Assembly (NCBI GenBank): GCA_963741955.1
Contig: CAVUKB010000013.1
Location: forward strand, 1 to 64,000
Reading direction: 5' to 3'
Source: an uncultured Acidobacteriota bacterium
GTDB taxonomy: Bacteria > Acidobacteriota > Thermoanaerobaculia > Gp7-AA8
DNA length: 64,000 nucleotides
Below, piece after piece: positions 20,201 to 29,573 of this stretch (its first letter is position 1; every line of letters begins with the position of its first letter). The translations under genes were made by a program, and so were the position numbers. The notes under the pieces were generated by a model. The model worked only from the letters and a program-made list of their open reading frames with translations, searched no databases and was not told the DNA's origin.

Positions 20201-21601
20201 ATGCCGAAACGACGGCTCGAAGTTGTGATTCTCGCGGCAGGACTCGGTACGCGGATGAAATCGAAGACGATCAAGGTGCTCCACGCCGCGGCGGGGCGGC
20301 CGATCGTCGACTACGTTCTCGATCTCGCCGAGGAGATCTCGGACGAGAAACCGATCATGGTCGTCGGCTATCAGAGCCGACGCGGTGAAGCAGCACTGCG
20401 GCTCACGAGCCGAGTACGCTCTTCAGGAAAAGCAGCTCGGAACCGGGCACGCTGTTCTGCAGGCGGCGGAACTTCTCCGCTCCCGCGGAGCCGGCGAACG
20501 ACTCAATGGTGCTGGTGCTCTCCGGAGACGTTCCTCTGACATGCGCCGAAACTCTCCGCGCACTCGTGGAGACGCATCACGCGGAGGGAACGCGATCACA
20601 CTACTCTCGATGCTGCCTCGAGGATCCGGCGATGTACGGGCGGATCGTCCGCGAGACGGATGGTTCGGTCGCGCGGATCGTCGAAGCGCAAGGACGCGAC
20701 CCGCGAAGAGCTCGCGATCGCCGAAGTGAACAGCGGGATCTACGTCTTCGAGACCGGACTCCTTCTCGATGCTCTCGGCAGCCTCTCGTCCGACAATGCG
20801 CAGGGAGAGTACTACCTGACCGATGTGATCGCCGCTGCGCGTCGCCGCGACCGCCGGGTCGGCGCGATCATCATCGACCCGATCGAAGCGCTCGGAGTGA
20901 ACTCCCGCGCGGAGCTCGCAGCAGTCGAGGCGGAGCTCAACCGGCGGAAGATCGAAACGCTGATGATCGACGGCGTCACTTTCCGCGACCCGTCGAGTGC
21001 CTCCGTCGACTGGGAGGTCCGCATCGGCCGAGACACCATCATCTATCCGTACGTCTGCCTCGAGGGTCAGACCTCCGTCGGCGAGGATTGCGTTGTCGAA
21101 TCGGGAGTCCACGTGCTGGACGCGGAGATCGGCAATGGTGTCCGGCTTCTCACCGGATCGGTGATCACAGAATCGAAGGTCCGCGACGGTGCGGCGGTCG
21201 GTCCGTACGCGCATCTCCGTCCCGGATCCGAGCTCGGCCCGCATGTGAAGGTCGGCAACTTCGTGGAGACCAAGAAGGCCGTCTTCGGCGAGGGCGCGAA
21301 GGCTTCGCACCTCTCATACATCGGAGATGCGGAAATCGGCGCCGGCGTGAACATCGGTGCGGGGACGATCACCTGCAACTACGACGGAGTCCACAAACAC
21401 AAGACGGTGCTCGAAGACGGCGTCTTCATCGGCTCCGATACACAGCTCGTCGCTCCGGTGCGAGTCGGCAGGGGCGCGTACGTCGGCGCCGGTTCGACCA
21501 TCACGAAAGACGTGCCGCCCGATGCGCTCGCACTCTCCCGAACCCCGCAGAAAGTGATCCCGGGATGGGTCAGCGAGAGACGTAAGAAGGAGAAGGGGTA
21601 G
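20201..21601 (+). CDS. glmU: Bifunctional UDP-GlcNAc pyrophosphorylase / GlcN-1-P acetyltransferase, several apparent frameshifts in the 5' half
   Basis: 'ILAAGLGTRMKS', 'QLGTGHAV', 'NAQGEYYLTD', 'GNFVETK', 'HLSYIGDA', 'NIGAGTITCNYDG'. Confidence 0.95.
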
Positions 21602-21605
21602 AGGC

Positions 21606-21883
21606 ATTTGCGCGATTTGAGACTTACGAGCTACGCGAGATAGCCGTGGCGGCAGAGCGCAGCGATAGGACGCGACGTGGGAGCGAGGCGCGGTTTACCA
21701 GACTTTTGGAGCCCGAATTCGCGGAGCGAGAGATGAGAGCGGGTTGAGCGTGGGTCCGAATTGAGAGCAGCGGTCCTTGAAAGTTCGGCCACAGAGAGAT
21801 CCTTGAAAGTTGGAGCTGGCCCGGTTTCTCCTTGCGATCGGCACCGCCGCATGAATCGCGCAATTCGCGCAAATCGCGCAAAT
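21606..21883. mobile_element. 278-bp element bounded by 14-bp inverted repeats built from nonamers; possible decayed GxxExxY-like cargo
   Basis: ATTTGCGCGATTTG (21606-19) and CAAATCGCGCAAAT (21870-83), with three AA(T/A)TCGCGC units on the right arm; fills the gap between two convergent stop codons. Confidence 0.5.
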
Positions 21884-23691
21884 CAGGGGATGTACCCTCG
21901 AATCGTCCGAACGCGCGCGCCCGGCCGGTCCGTCTTCACCTCCACCGTCCGGTACTCGGTATCCTTCTTTCCGGACTCGGTGTAGTAGCCGATCAGGTAC
22001 TGCGAGCGGAGCTCCTTCTCCAGTTCCACATACGTCGGCTTCAGCTGGTCGATGTTCCGGATGAAGTACGAGACACCTCCGGTCTCGGCGGCGAGACCCT
22101 TGATCCTTCCCTGATCCGATCGAGCTCATACCGATGCCGATGAAGTAGATCGGAACGCGTGCTGCGCGGACGTAGGAGAGCATCTCGTCATATCCGGTCC
22201 GCGATGACGGTATCTTCGCCGTCGGTCACGATGACCAGCGCCTTCCGCCCGGGAACCGACCGGAAGCGGTACAGGCCACTGATGATTGCGTCGTAGAGCG
22301 CCGTCCCTCCTTCGGCATCGGGCATCCCTTCCACCTGTGCGGCGAGGGCACCGACGTCGCTCACCAGCGGCGAGATCTTGCTCGCGTCCCATGAGAATCC
22401 ACCGAAAAAGGCTCGGTCTCCCGGTCGGACGATATCGGTGAAGAACTCGAGCGCCGCTTTGCGTGCAGTCTCGATTCGCGGCTGCATGCTTCCGGAGTGG
22501 TCGACCAGCACGCCCACCGAGAGAGGGAGATTCGTGGCGAATCCGAAGTTCGCGATCTTCTGCTTCTTCCCGTTCTCGGAGACTTCGAAATCTTCTTTTT
22601 TCAGGTCGGTCACCGCAGACTCCGCTCGCATCGAGCACGGTCACCGGAAGCTCGACGAAATTCACTTCGATCTGCTCGCTGTAATGCGAGCCGTCGAGGT
22701 ACACGAGATCCGAAGCTTCGTATCCGGTCGTGTCCCAGGCGGAGACGCGGACGAACTGGTATCCCTTCAGATCGGCGGTCGGGAGATCGAGCGCATACGG
22801 CGGCCGGTCCCATTCGACGAGCTTGTGATCGTCCGCGAAGAGCGCGACGCTCTTGAGCGAGGTGCCACTGTTGTTCTGGACGCTGACTTTGAAGTGGGAG
22901 ATCCCGTCGGCGGTGACGGTTCTCGTAATCTTGGCTTCGACCGGATTCTCCCGCTCGTTGACGACGAACGCGTCGGCATCGACGTAATGCCCTTTCCCGT
23001 CGTATCCGACTGCCCGCACCTCCACCCGTTTCGGGATCTCGCCGAGGTCGAGCTCGGCGTGGAACGGCGGCCGGTTGCGGGTCTGGATCTTCTTTCCTTC
23101 GACCCAGAACTCGACGCGTTCGACCGGTGGTTTCGTCTCCACGTCGATGCTGAAGAGGTTCGGTGCGAGGTTCCGCTTCGGCGGAAGGATGTGGACCGCA
23201 CCCGCGGACTCGGGAACGACGCCCTCCGCGATGAACGCTTCCGGCCCGTCCGCAGCATCGGCAACGTACGGCTTTCCGACCGGTTGCACCTCGAATTCCT
23301 GAGTCGCCTTCGCGAGGATCATCGGTCCCGCCTCGAGCTCCGTCAGAAGTCGGATCTCGACCGAGGCTTTCCCGGCCGGAAGAGAAGCGATCATGGTGAA
23401 GCCGCTCGCATCCGACGGCTGAAGAGGCCGGCGGAAGTTTCGAACGACCTTCCCGCCAACGAGGACCGAGCCCTGGGCGAAGACCGGCGTTCCCTGCGGG
23501 ATGTCGCTCGCGAGCGTGTAACGGAACGTCATGCGCATCACGACGTCTCCGTCACGATCTCCGAGCGGCGTCGCCTGGATGGTGAAGTCCTTCTGCTCGG
23601 TGGAAGTGGAAGGCGTTGCAGGTGCGGTCTGCGCGAGAAGGGGAGAAACGAATAGGAGTGATGCGACGAGGAGCGACATCGGTCGGTTCAT
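21883..23691 (-). CDS. Secreted VWA-domain protein (Acidobacterial type) with Ig-like N-terminal domains, frameshifted
   Basis: Signal peptide; 'VELPVTV', 'DLKKEDFEVSENG', MIDAS 'DHSGSM', 'TALYDAI', 'RKALVIVTDGED', C-terminal 'RTIRGYIP'. Confidence 0.85.
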
Positions 23692-23872
23692 GAAAAGGAG
23701 AACCCCGCGTCCCTCCCCACCCATTTCGGATTGCGGAATTGGAGGTTGCAGAGACGTGCTGCCCCGCCCGCCAGGCCCGCATTTCTCACACCGTCTCGAC
23801 GCGAGGAGGGGGAGAGCGGCCTGGATGCAAGGCACGCGCAGACTCCCGGGTCGTTGATGTAGAGTTCCGGTG

Positions 23873-24385
23873 ATGCGACTCGGTCCGATCGGCTTCGTCG
23901 GGAATTCGGGAGCGGGAAAGACGACGCTCATCTGCCGTCTGGTCGAACACTATCGCGCGACGACCGGCATGCGGGTCGGAATCATCAAGCACACGCATCA
24001 CCAGGTCGACCCCGCCTCGCGACGTGGGGACACCGAGCGGTTCCTCTCCTGCGGTGCGCATGAGGCGATCCTCGCCGGGAACGGAGAGGCGGTGCGGTGG
24101 CGACTCTACGATGGCGACGTGATCGCCGCGCAATGGCGCTTCGACGATCCGCGAGAGCTGCTCGAGCATCTCGAGAGCGAGATCGTTCTGGTCGAGGGAT
24201 TCAAGTCCCTCGACGCCTGGCCGAAGTTCGTGGTGCAAAACCCCGCCAGGGCGATCGACCCGGCGGAGCTGAGCGGCACGGTCGGTGTGGTGAGCGATAC
24301 GCCCCTCGACGGGTCGCTTCCGCAGTTCCGGCGCGACGAGATCGAGGCGATCGCGCAATTTCTCGATGAGGTGTGGAGACGGTGA
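23873..24385 (+). CDS. mobB: Molybdopterin-guanine dinucleotide biosynthesis protein B-like GTPase
   Basis: 'GNSGAGKTTLI', 'IKHTHH', 'GDTERF..GA', 'VLVEGFK'. Confidence 0.85.
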   Translation: MRLGPIGFVGNSGAGKTTLICRLVEHYRATTGMRVGIIKHTHHQVDPASRRGDTERFLSCGAHEAILAGNGEAVRWRLYDGDVIAAQWRFDDPRELLEHLESEIVLVEGFKSLDAWPKFVVQNPARAIDPAELSGTVGVVSDTPLDGSLPQFRRDEIEAIAQFLDEVWRR

Positions 24386-25044
24386 GGTATTCGAATGTCG
24401 TGTTCGATCTCGACGGCACGCTGGTCGATTCGTACCGGGCGCTGACCACTGCCGTGAACGCCGCACGGGCTGCCGAAGGACGCGGGCCGATCCAGGTCGC
24501 CGACGTCCGTGCTGCGACGGGCGAAGGGATGGAGCTCCTCCTGACCCGAACGTGGGGCGGAGCCGACTACCCGCAGAGCTATCTCGAGCGGTTCGAACGT
24601 GAATACGAGCGCGTCTGTGTCCTCGAGACCGAGTTGCTGGATGACGTACTCGAGACGATCGAGGAGCTGGCGAGGCTCGGGACCAGGATGGGAGTCTGCA
24701 CCAACAAGCCGACCGCGTTCTCCGAACAGATCCTGGCCCAGCTCGAGATCGGGCGCCACTTCTCCGCAGTGGTCGGGCCCGATCTGGCGGGAGTCCGGAA
24801 ACCGGACCCTGCTCACGTGCGATTCACCATGGAAAGGATCGGGGGAAGTCCGGAGGAGACGCTCTTCGTCGGAGACATGCCGATCGACGTCACGGCAGCT
24901 CGAGGAGCGGGCCTGGATGTTGCTGTCATCGCTACCGGTCCGTCGATGAAGGATGCGCTCCGGGCTTCGGAGCCGGAGTATTTCCTCGATCAATTTTCTC
25001 AGCTCGTGGACGTGGTGATGCAGGGTACGGTGGTCGCGCGATGA
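24373..25044 (+). CDS. HAD-IA hydrolase, phosphoglycolate phosphatase-like
   Basis: 'FDLDGTLVDS', 'TNKP', 'KPDP', 'FVGD..ID..AAR.AG'. Confidence 0.88.
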   Translation: METVRYSNVVFDLDGTLVDSYRALTTAVNAARAAEGRGPIQVADVRAATGEGMELLLTRTWGGADYPQSYLERFEREYERVCVLETELLDDVLETIEELARLGTRMGVCTNKPTAFSEQILAQLEIGRHFSAVVGPDLAGVRKPDPAHVRFTMERIGGSPEETLFVGDMPIDVTAARGAGLDVAVIATGPSMKDALRASEPEYFLDQFSQLVDVVMQGTVVAR

Positions 25045-25686
25045 GCAGATTCGGTGTCGTCTTCTTCGACGTCGATTCAACGCTCGTCTCGATCGAAGGA
25101 ATCGACGTCCTCGCCGGCGGAAACGAAGAGGTCGCAAGACTGACTGCCGCAGCGATGAACGGAGACATTCCGATCGACGACGTCTACCGCAGAAGGCTCG
25201 AGATTCTCCGGCCATCGCGCGATCAGATTCGCGATCTCTCGACCCGGTACGTGGCCGCGCTCCTTCCCGATGCGAAGGAGGTCTTTGAAACGTTGCGTCA
25301 GCGAGGGATCGACGTACATCTCGTCACGGCGGGGATCGAGCAGGCGGTCGAGCCTCTCGCCAAGGATCTCGGGATCGAGCCGCGTGCGCTTCACGCGGTG
25401 CGGCTGACTTTCGAAGATGACGGTTCGTATTCCGGATTCGATGAGAGGAGTCCACTGACCCGGAGCGGCGGCAAGGAGATGGTCGTACTCGACGTCCGCG
25501 CCCGAACCGCACGGAAGAGCAGCATTGATCGGAGACGGAGTGACGGATCTGGAAGCACGAGACGCGGTTGATCTCTTCATCGGATTCGGCGGAGTTACAA
25601 TCCGGGATCGCGTCCGGCTCGGATCCGGGGTTTACATCACGGAGCCGAGACTCTCGGCCGTTCTCCCGTATCATTCTCGAGGGTGA
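25041..25686 (+). CDS. serB: HAD-IB phosphoserine phosphatase-like protein, frameshift near 25505
   Basis: 'FDVDSTL', 'LTAAAMNG', 'GGK'; the shifted frame gives 'IGDGVTDLEA..DLFIGFGG' and ends at TGA 25686; in an operon with serA. Confidence 0.75.
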
Positions 25687-25689
25687 CAG

Positions 25690-26787
25690 ATGAGCGAGCA
25701 GTGCAGATACTTCGTTCCCGGTCCGACCTGGGTCCGTCCCGAGATCCTGGCGGAGATGACGCGCCCGATGATCGGTCACCGGAGCGCGGAGTTCAAGGAG
25801 CTGTTCGCCGGGATTCAGCCTCGCCTCCGGAAGCTGTTCGGCACGGCGGCGAACACGTTCGTCGCGACATCGTCCGGCACCGGAATCCTGGAAGGTGCGC
25901 TCCTGAACTGTGTTCCGCGAAGCGTGCTGGTGACGACGTGCGGCGCGTTTTCCGAACGGTGGCTGCGGATTGCGCAGCAGACCGGTGTCGAGGTGGACGT
26001 CTTCTCCGTGCCGTGGGGCGAGGCGATCGATCCGGTGAAGCTGGCCGATCACATCCGCGGACGCCATCACCACTACGACGCCGTCACGATCACACACAAC
26101 GAAACCTCGACCGGAGTGCTCAATGACCTCGAGACTCTCGCCGCGGCCGTGCATCAAGCCTCGGAGGACTCGCTGGTGCTGGTCGACGCGGTCTCTTCTC
26201 TCGGCGGCGCACCGATCTTCGTGGACCAGTGGGGAATCGACGTCTGCGTCGCGAGCGTGCAGAAGGGGATCGCTCTCCCTCCCGGAATCACGCTCTTCAG
26301 CGTATCGGAGCGCGCGATGGAGGCGGCGAACCAGCAACCCTACCGCGGGACATACTTCAGCTTCACCGAATTCCAGCGGCAGGCCGGCGGGAACGGAGTT
26401 CCATTCACCCCGTCCATTCCGCACTTTTTCGCGCTCGCGAAGCAACTCGAGACGATCCTCGACCGCGAGACACTCGAGGCGCGCTGGGCCCGGCACGTCA
26501 AAATGCGAGACCTGACCCTCGAACGGACTTCCGGGATTGCGGATCTTGCCGCGGCGCGGGAATTCGCTTCGCCCACGATCACCGCACTTCGCCCGCGGGA
26601 GATCGTCCCCGCCGAGCTCCTCGCCCGGATGAAGAAGGAAGGTTTCACCCTCGGGTCCGGCTACGGCAAATGGAAAGAGACGACCTTCCGGATCGGGCAC
26701 ATGGGAGACATCCCGGTGGAGGACCTCGAACGGATGCTCGAGGTCCTCACCCACGTGCATTCCCGTCCGGCGGCGGGAGAACGCTGA
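25690..26787 (+). CDS. Class V PLP aminotransferase (serine-pyruvate/alanine-glyoxylate type), likely SerC surrogate
   Basis: 'VPGPT', 'IGHRS', 'HNETSTG', 'VDAVSS', 'SVQKG', 'FRIGHMG'. Confidence 0.9.
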   Translation: MSEQCRYFVPGPTWVRPEILAEMTRPMIGHRSAEFKELFAGIQPRLRKLFGTAANTFVATSSGTGILEGALLNCVPRSVLVTTCGAFSERWLRIAQQTGVEVDVFSVPWGEAIDPVKLADHIRGRHHHYDAVTITHNETSTGVLNDLETLAAAVHQASEDSLVLVDAVSSLGGAPIFVDQWGIDVCVASVQKGIALPPGITLFSVSERAMEAANQQPYRGTYFSFTEFQRQAGGNGVPFTPSIPHFFALAKQLETILDRETLEARWARHVKMRDLTLERTSGIADLAAAREFASPTITALRPREIVPAELLARMKKEGFTLGSGYGKWKETTFRIGHMGDIPVEDLERMLEVLTHVHSRPAAGER

Positions 26788-28371
26788 ATGCCTCGGGTAC
26801 TGGTGACGGATACCATCGCGGAATCCGGACTGGAGATCCTCCGCCGCGCAGCGGACGTCGAGGTCGACTTCCGTCCCGGTCTGAAGGGAGAGGATCTCCT
26901 CGAGGGAGTCCGGAATGCGGATGCCCTGATCACCCGCAGCGGGACGCCGGTCACGAAAGAGCTTCTGGATGCAGGCGATCGTCTGCGCATCGTCGGTCGC
27001 GCGGGCGTCGGGCTCGACAACGTCGACGTCGATGCCGCCACGGCACGCGGGATTCTGGTCATCAACGCACCGACCGCGAACATCATGTCCGCGACCGAGC
27101 ACACCATGGCTCTGATGCTCGCCTCCTGCCGCAGCGTTCCCGCCGCGGACGCATCGGTGCGGCGTCACGAGTGGGCGCGCTCGAAATTCATGGGGATCGA
27201 GCTGAGTGGGAAGACGCTCGGCATCGTCGGGCTCGGACGGATCGGGAGCCGCGTGGCGACCCGGGCCCGGGCGTTCGGTATGAAGATCCTCGCCTGCGAT
27301 CCCTACATCGCGGCTTCCGTTGCGGAACGGGTCGGCGCGGAGCTCATCCCTCTGGAGCGTCTGATCCGAGAGGCTGACTTCATCACCGTCCACACGCCAT
27401 TGACGGACGAGACGCACGGGATGATCGGCCCGGCCGAGATCGCGCAGATGAAGGAAGGCGTCGTCCTGATCAACTGCGCCCGCGGAGGAATCTACCAGGA
27501 AGCAGCGCTCGTCGATGGACTCCGCAGCGGGAGAGTCGCCCGCGCCGCGATCGACGTCTACGAGTCGGAACCGCCGAAGCCGGGGCACCCGTTCTTCGAC
27601 GCCCCGAACCTGATTCTCACTCCCCACATCGGTGCCAACACCATCGAGGCACAGGACCGCGTCGCGGTGCAGACCGCGGAGATGGTAGTCGAAGCGCTGC
27701 AGGGCTCGATCTTCGTCTCCGCAGTGAACCTTCCCTTCGAAGGATTGCCCGATCCCAATGCCGCGCCTCTGATCGATCTCTCCGAAAAGACGGGGCTCAT
27801 TGCCGCGCAGCTCCTCCACGGGCCGGTCACGCATGCGGCCATCGAGATCTGGGGGATCGAAGAAAAGTGGATGCGGATCCTCTCGGTGGCGGCGCTCAAG
27901 GGGCTGCTGGTCCGCGTCCTCAACGAATCGATCAACTTCGTCAATGCGGAGAACGTGGCCGAGCAGCGGGGCATCGATCTCGGCGCCACCGTCCACCCGA
28001 TGCCGCACGACTACACGAACCTGATCACGTTCCGGGCCGGCTCCGCGACCGAGGAGGTCTGCGTCTCGGCGACGCTCTTCAGCGAGAAGAACCAGCGGAT
28101 CGTCGGGGTGAACTCGTTCCGGGTGGAGTTCAAACCGAACGGATACCTTCTCTACATCCTGAACCGTGACGTTCCCGGGGTGGTCGGAAAGGTCGGCACG
28201 ATCCTGGGCGACCGCGAGATCAACATCGCCGAGTACAATCTGGCTCGCGCCCCGGAAGGAGGGATGGCGATGGCGATCATCACCATCGATTCACCGCTCG
28301 ACGACGAAACGCTCGCGTTCCTCCGGTCATTCAAGGAGATGGAGGAAGTGAAACTCATCAAAATCATCTAG
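26788..28371 (+). CDS. serA: D-3-phosphoglycerate dehydrogenase (type I, with ASB and ACT domains)
   Basis: '[11 protein letters not shown]', 'GLGRIG', 'INCARGG', 'TPHIGA', C-terminal ACT 'NRDVPGVVG'. Confidence 0.96.
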   Translation: MPRVLVTDTIAESGLEILRRAADVEVDFRPGLKGEDLLEGVRNADALITRSGTPVTKELLDAGDRLRIVGRAGVGLDNVDVDAATARGILVINAPTANIMSATEHTMALMLASCRSVPAADASVRRHEWARSKFMGIELSGKTLGIVGLGRIGSRVATRARAFGMKILACDPYIAASVAERVGAELIPLERLIREADFITVHTPLTDETHGMIGPAEIAQMKEGVVLINCARGGIYQEAALVDGLRSGRVARAAIDVYESEPPKPGHPFFDAPNLILTPHIGANTIEAQDRVAVQTAEMVVEALQGSIFVSAVNLPFEGLPDPNAAPLIDLSEKTGLIAAQLLHGPVTHAAIEIWGIEEKWMRILSVAALKGLLVRVLNESINFVNAENVAEQRGIDLGATVHPMPHDYTNLITFRAGSATEEVCVSATLFSEKNQRIVGVNSFRVEFKPNGYLLYILNRDVPGVVGKVGTILGDREINIAEYNLARAPEGGMAMAIITIDSPLDDETLAFLRSFKEMEEVKLIKII

Positions 28372-28474
28372 TATCTGGTATCTGTTATCTGTTATCTGTT
28401 ATCTGTTATTGAGTTTGTAAATCATCACGTAATCTGAATGCATTACCCGATAACAGATAATAGATAATAGATAA
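28365..28474. repeat. AT-rich inverted heptamer element C
   Basis: About 6 (G/T)TATCTG units on the left and about 4 (C/T)AGATAA units on the right, around a unique centre. Confidence 0.85.
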
Positions 28475-28477
28475 TCG

Positions 28478-29473
28478 GTGCCTGTCATGAAATACCGGCA
28501 ACTCGGAAATACGGGAATCTCGGTGAGCGAGATCGGCTTCGGAGCCTGGGCCATCGGCGGACCGACCGAAGTCGGAGGTGTTCCCGTCGGGTGGGGACGG
28601 ACCTCGGATGACGAGTCGCTCGCCGCCATCCGGAAGGCGCGCGAGCTCGGCGTGACGTTCTACGACACGGCGGACATCTACGGCAACGGCCGGAGCGAGT
28701 CGCTTCTCGGCATCGTCCTCTCCCGTAAACGGGAAGAGGTCGTCATCGCGACGAAGGTCGGAATGGTCCGGAGTGCGAGCGGCGACTACCGGAAGGATCT
28801 GTCGCGCAAGCACATCTTCTATGCGATCGACGGTTCCCTCAAGCGCCTTCGGACGGACTACGTCGATCTCTATCAGATCCACAATCCTTCCATCTCCGAC
28901 CTCGAATCGGGAGAGATCCAGGAGACGATGGAGATGCTGCAGAACCTCGGCAAGATCCGCTTCTGGGGCGTGTCGATCTCCACACCGGAAGAGGGGATCG
29001 AGATCATCAGGCGCCGATGGGGATATGCGCTTCAGGTGCTCTACAACATCCTGAACCAGGCGCCGGCCCGTGAGCTCTTCCCTCTCGCAAAAGAGCGAGG
29101 CTACGGAATCATCTCCCGCGTGCCGCTCGCCTCGGGGTTGCTCACCGGGAAGTATCGTGCGAGCAGCAGGTTCGCGGCAGATGACGTCCGTCAGAATTTT
29201 CTCACCCCGCGGAGACTGGAGGAGGTGAAGGTGCGGCTCGACGAAGTGAAGGGGATCGTGGCAGGGGCGTCGAGGACGCTCACGGAAGCCGCCCTCCGCT
29301 TCGTCCTGGCCGACGATGCGGTCTCGACCACGATTCCGGGGGCGCGGAACGCGCATCAGGTCACGTCGAATGCAGCGGCCTCGGGCGGATCGCTCGACCC
29401 GGACGTGGTCCGGCGACTCAGACAGCGGCTGGGCGCATACGACTTCTACCATCGCCACTCGATCCGGGTGTGA
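28478..29473 (+). CDS. Aldo/keto reductase
   Basis: 'YRQLGNTGISVSEIGFG', 'DTADIYG', 'SLKRLRTDYVDLYQIH', 'PLASGLLTG'. Confidence 0.93.
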   Translation: MPVMKYRQLGNTGISVSEIGFGAWAIGGPTEVGGVPVGWGRTSDDESLAAIRKARELGVTFYDTADIYGNGRSESLLGIVLSRKREEVVIATKVGMVRSASGDYRKDLSRKHIFYAIDGSLKRLRTDYVDLYQIHNPSISDLESGEIQETMEMLQNLGKIRFWGVSISTPEEGIEIIRRRWGYALQVLYNILNQAPARELFPLAKERGYGIISRVPLASGLLTGKYRASSRFAADDVRQNFLTPRRLEEVKVRLDEVKGIVAGASRTLTEAALRFVLADDAVSTTIPGARNAHQVTSNAAASGGSLDPDVVRRLRQRLGAYDFYHRHSIRV

Positions 29474-29573
29474 AGCCGCCCTCGCTGCTCCGCTTTCCCG
29501 CCACGGACGTTCCTACCGCGCAGACCCCCGGGAGGAAGTTTCCCTCCACGCCGGACGTTATTGCCAGACTGGC

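Noticed and set aside
1-25690. Frameshifted wzc, wza, TPR, ligase-like, yvcK, glmU, VWA and serB genes as true pseudogenes or programmed frameshifts
   Set aside because: glmU is normally essential, motifs are intact, there are no in-frame nonsense mutations, and the indels cluster in one part of the window. This is typical of uncorrected long-read errors.
25324-28008. Long antisense ORFs (894 aa here, 676 aa opposite dnaX, 616 aa opposite atpD, 547 aa opposite the permease, and others)
   Set aside because: These are shadow ORFs caused by high-GC codon bias opposite well-supported genes.
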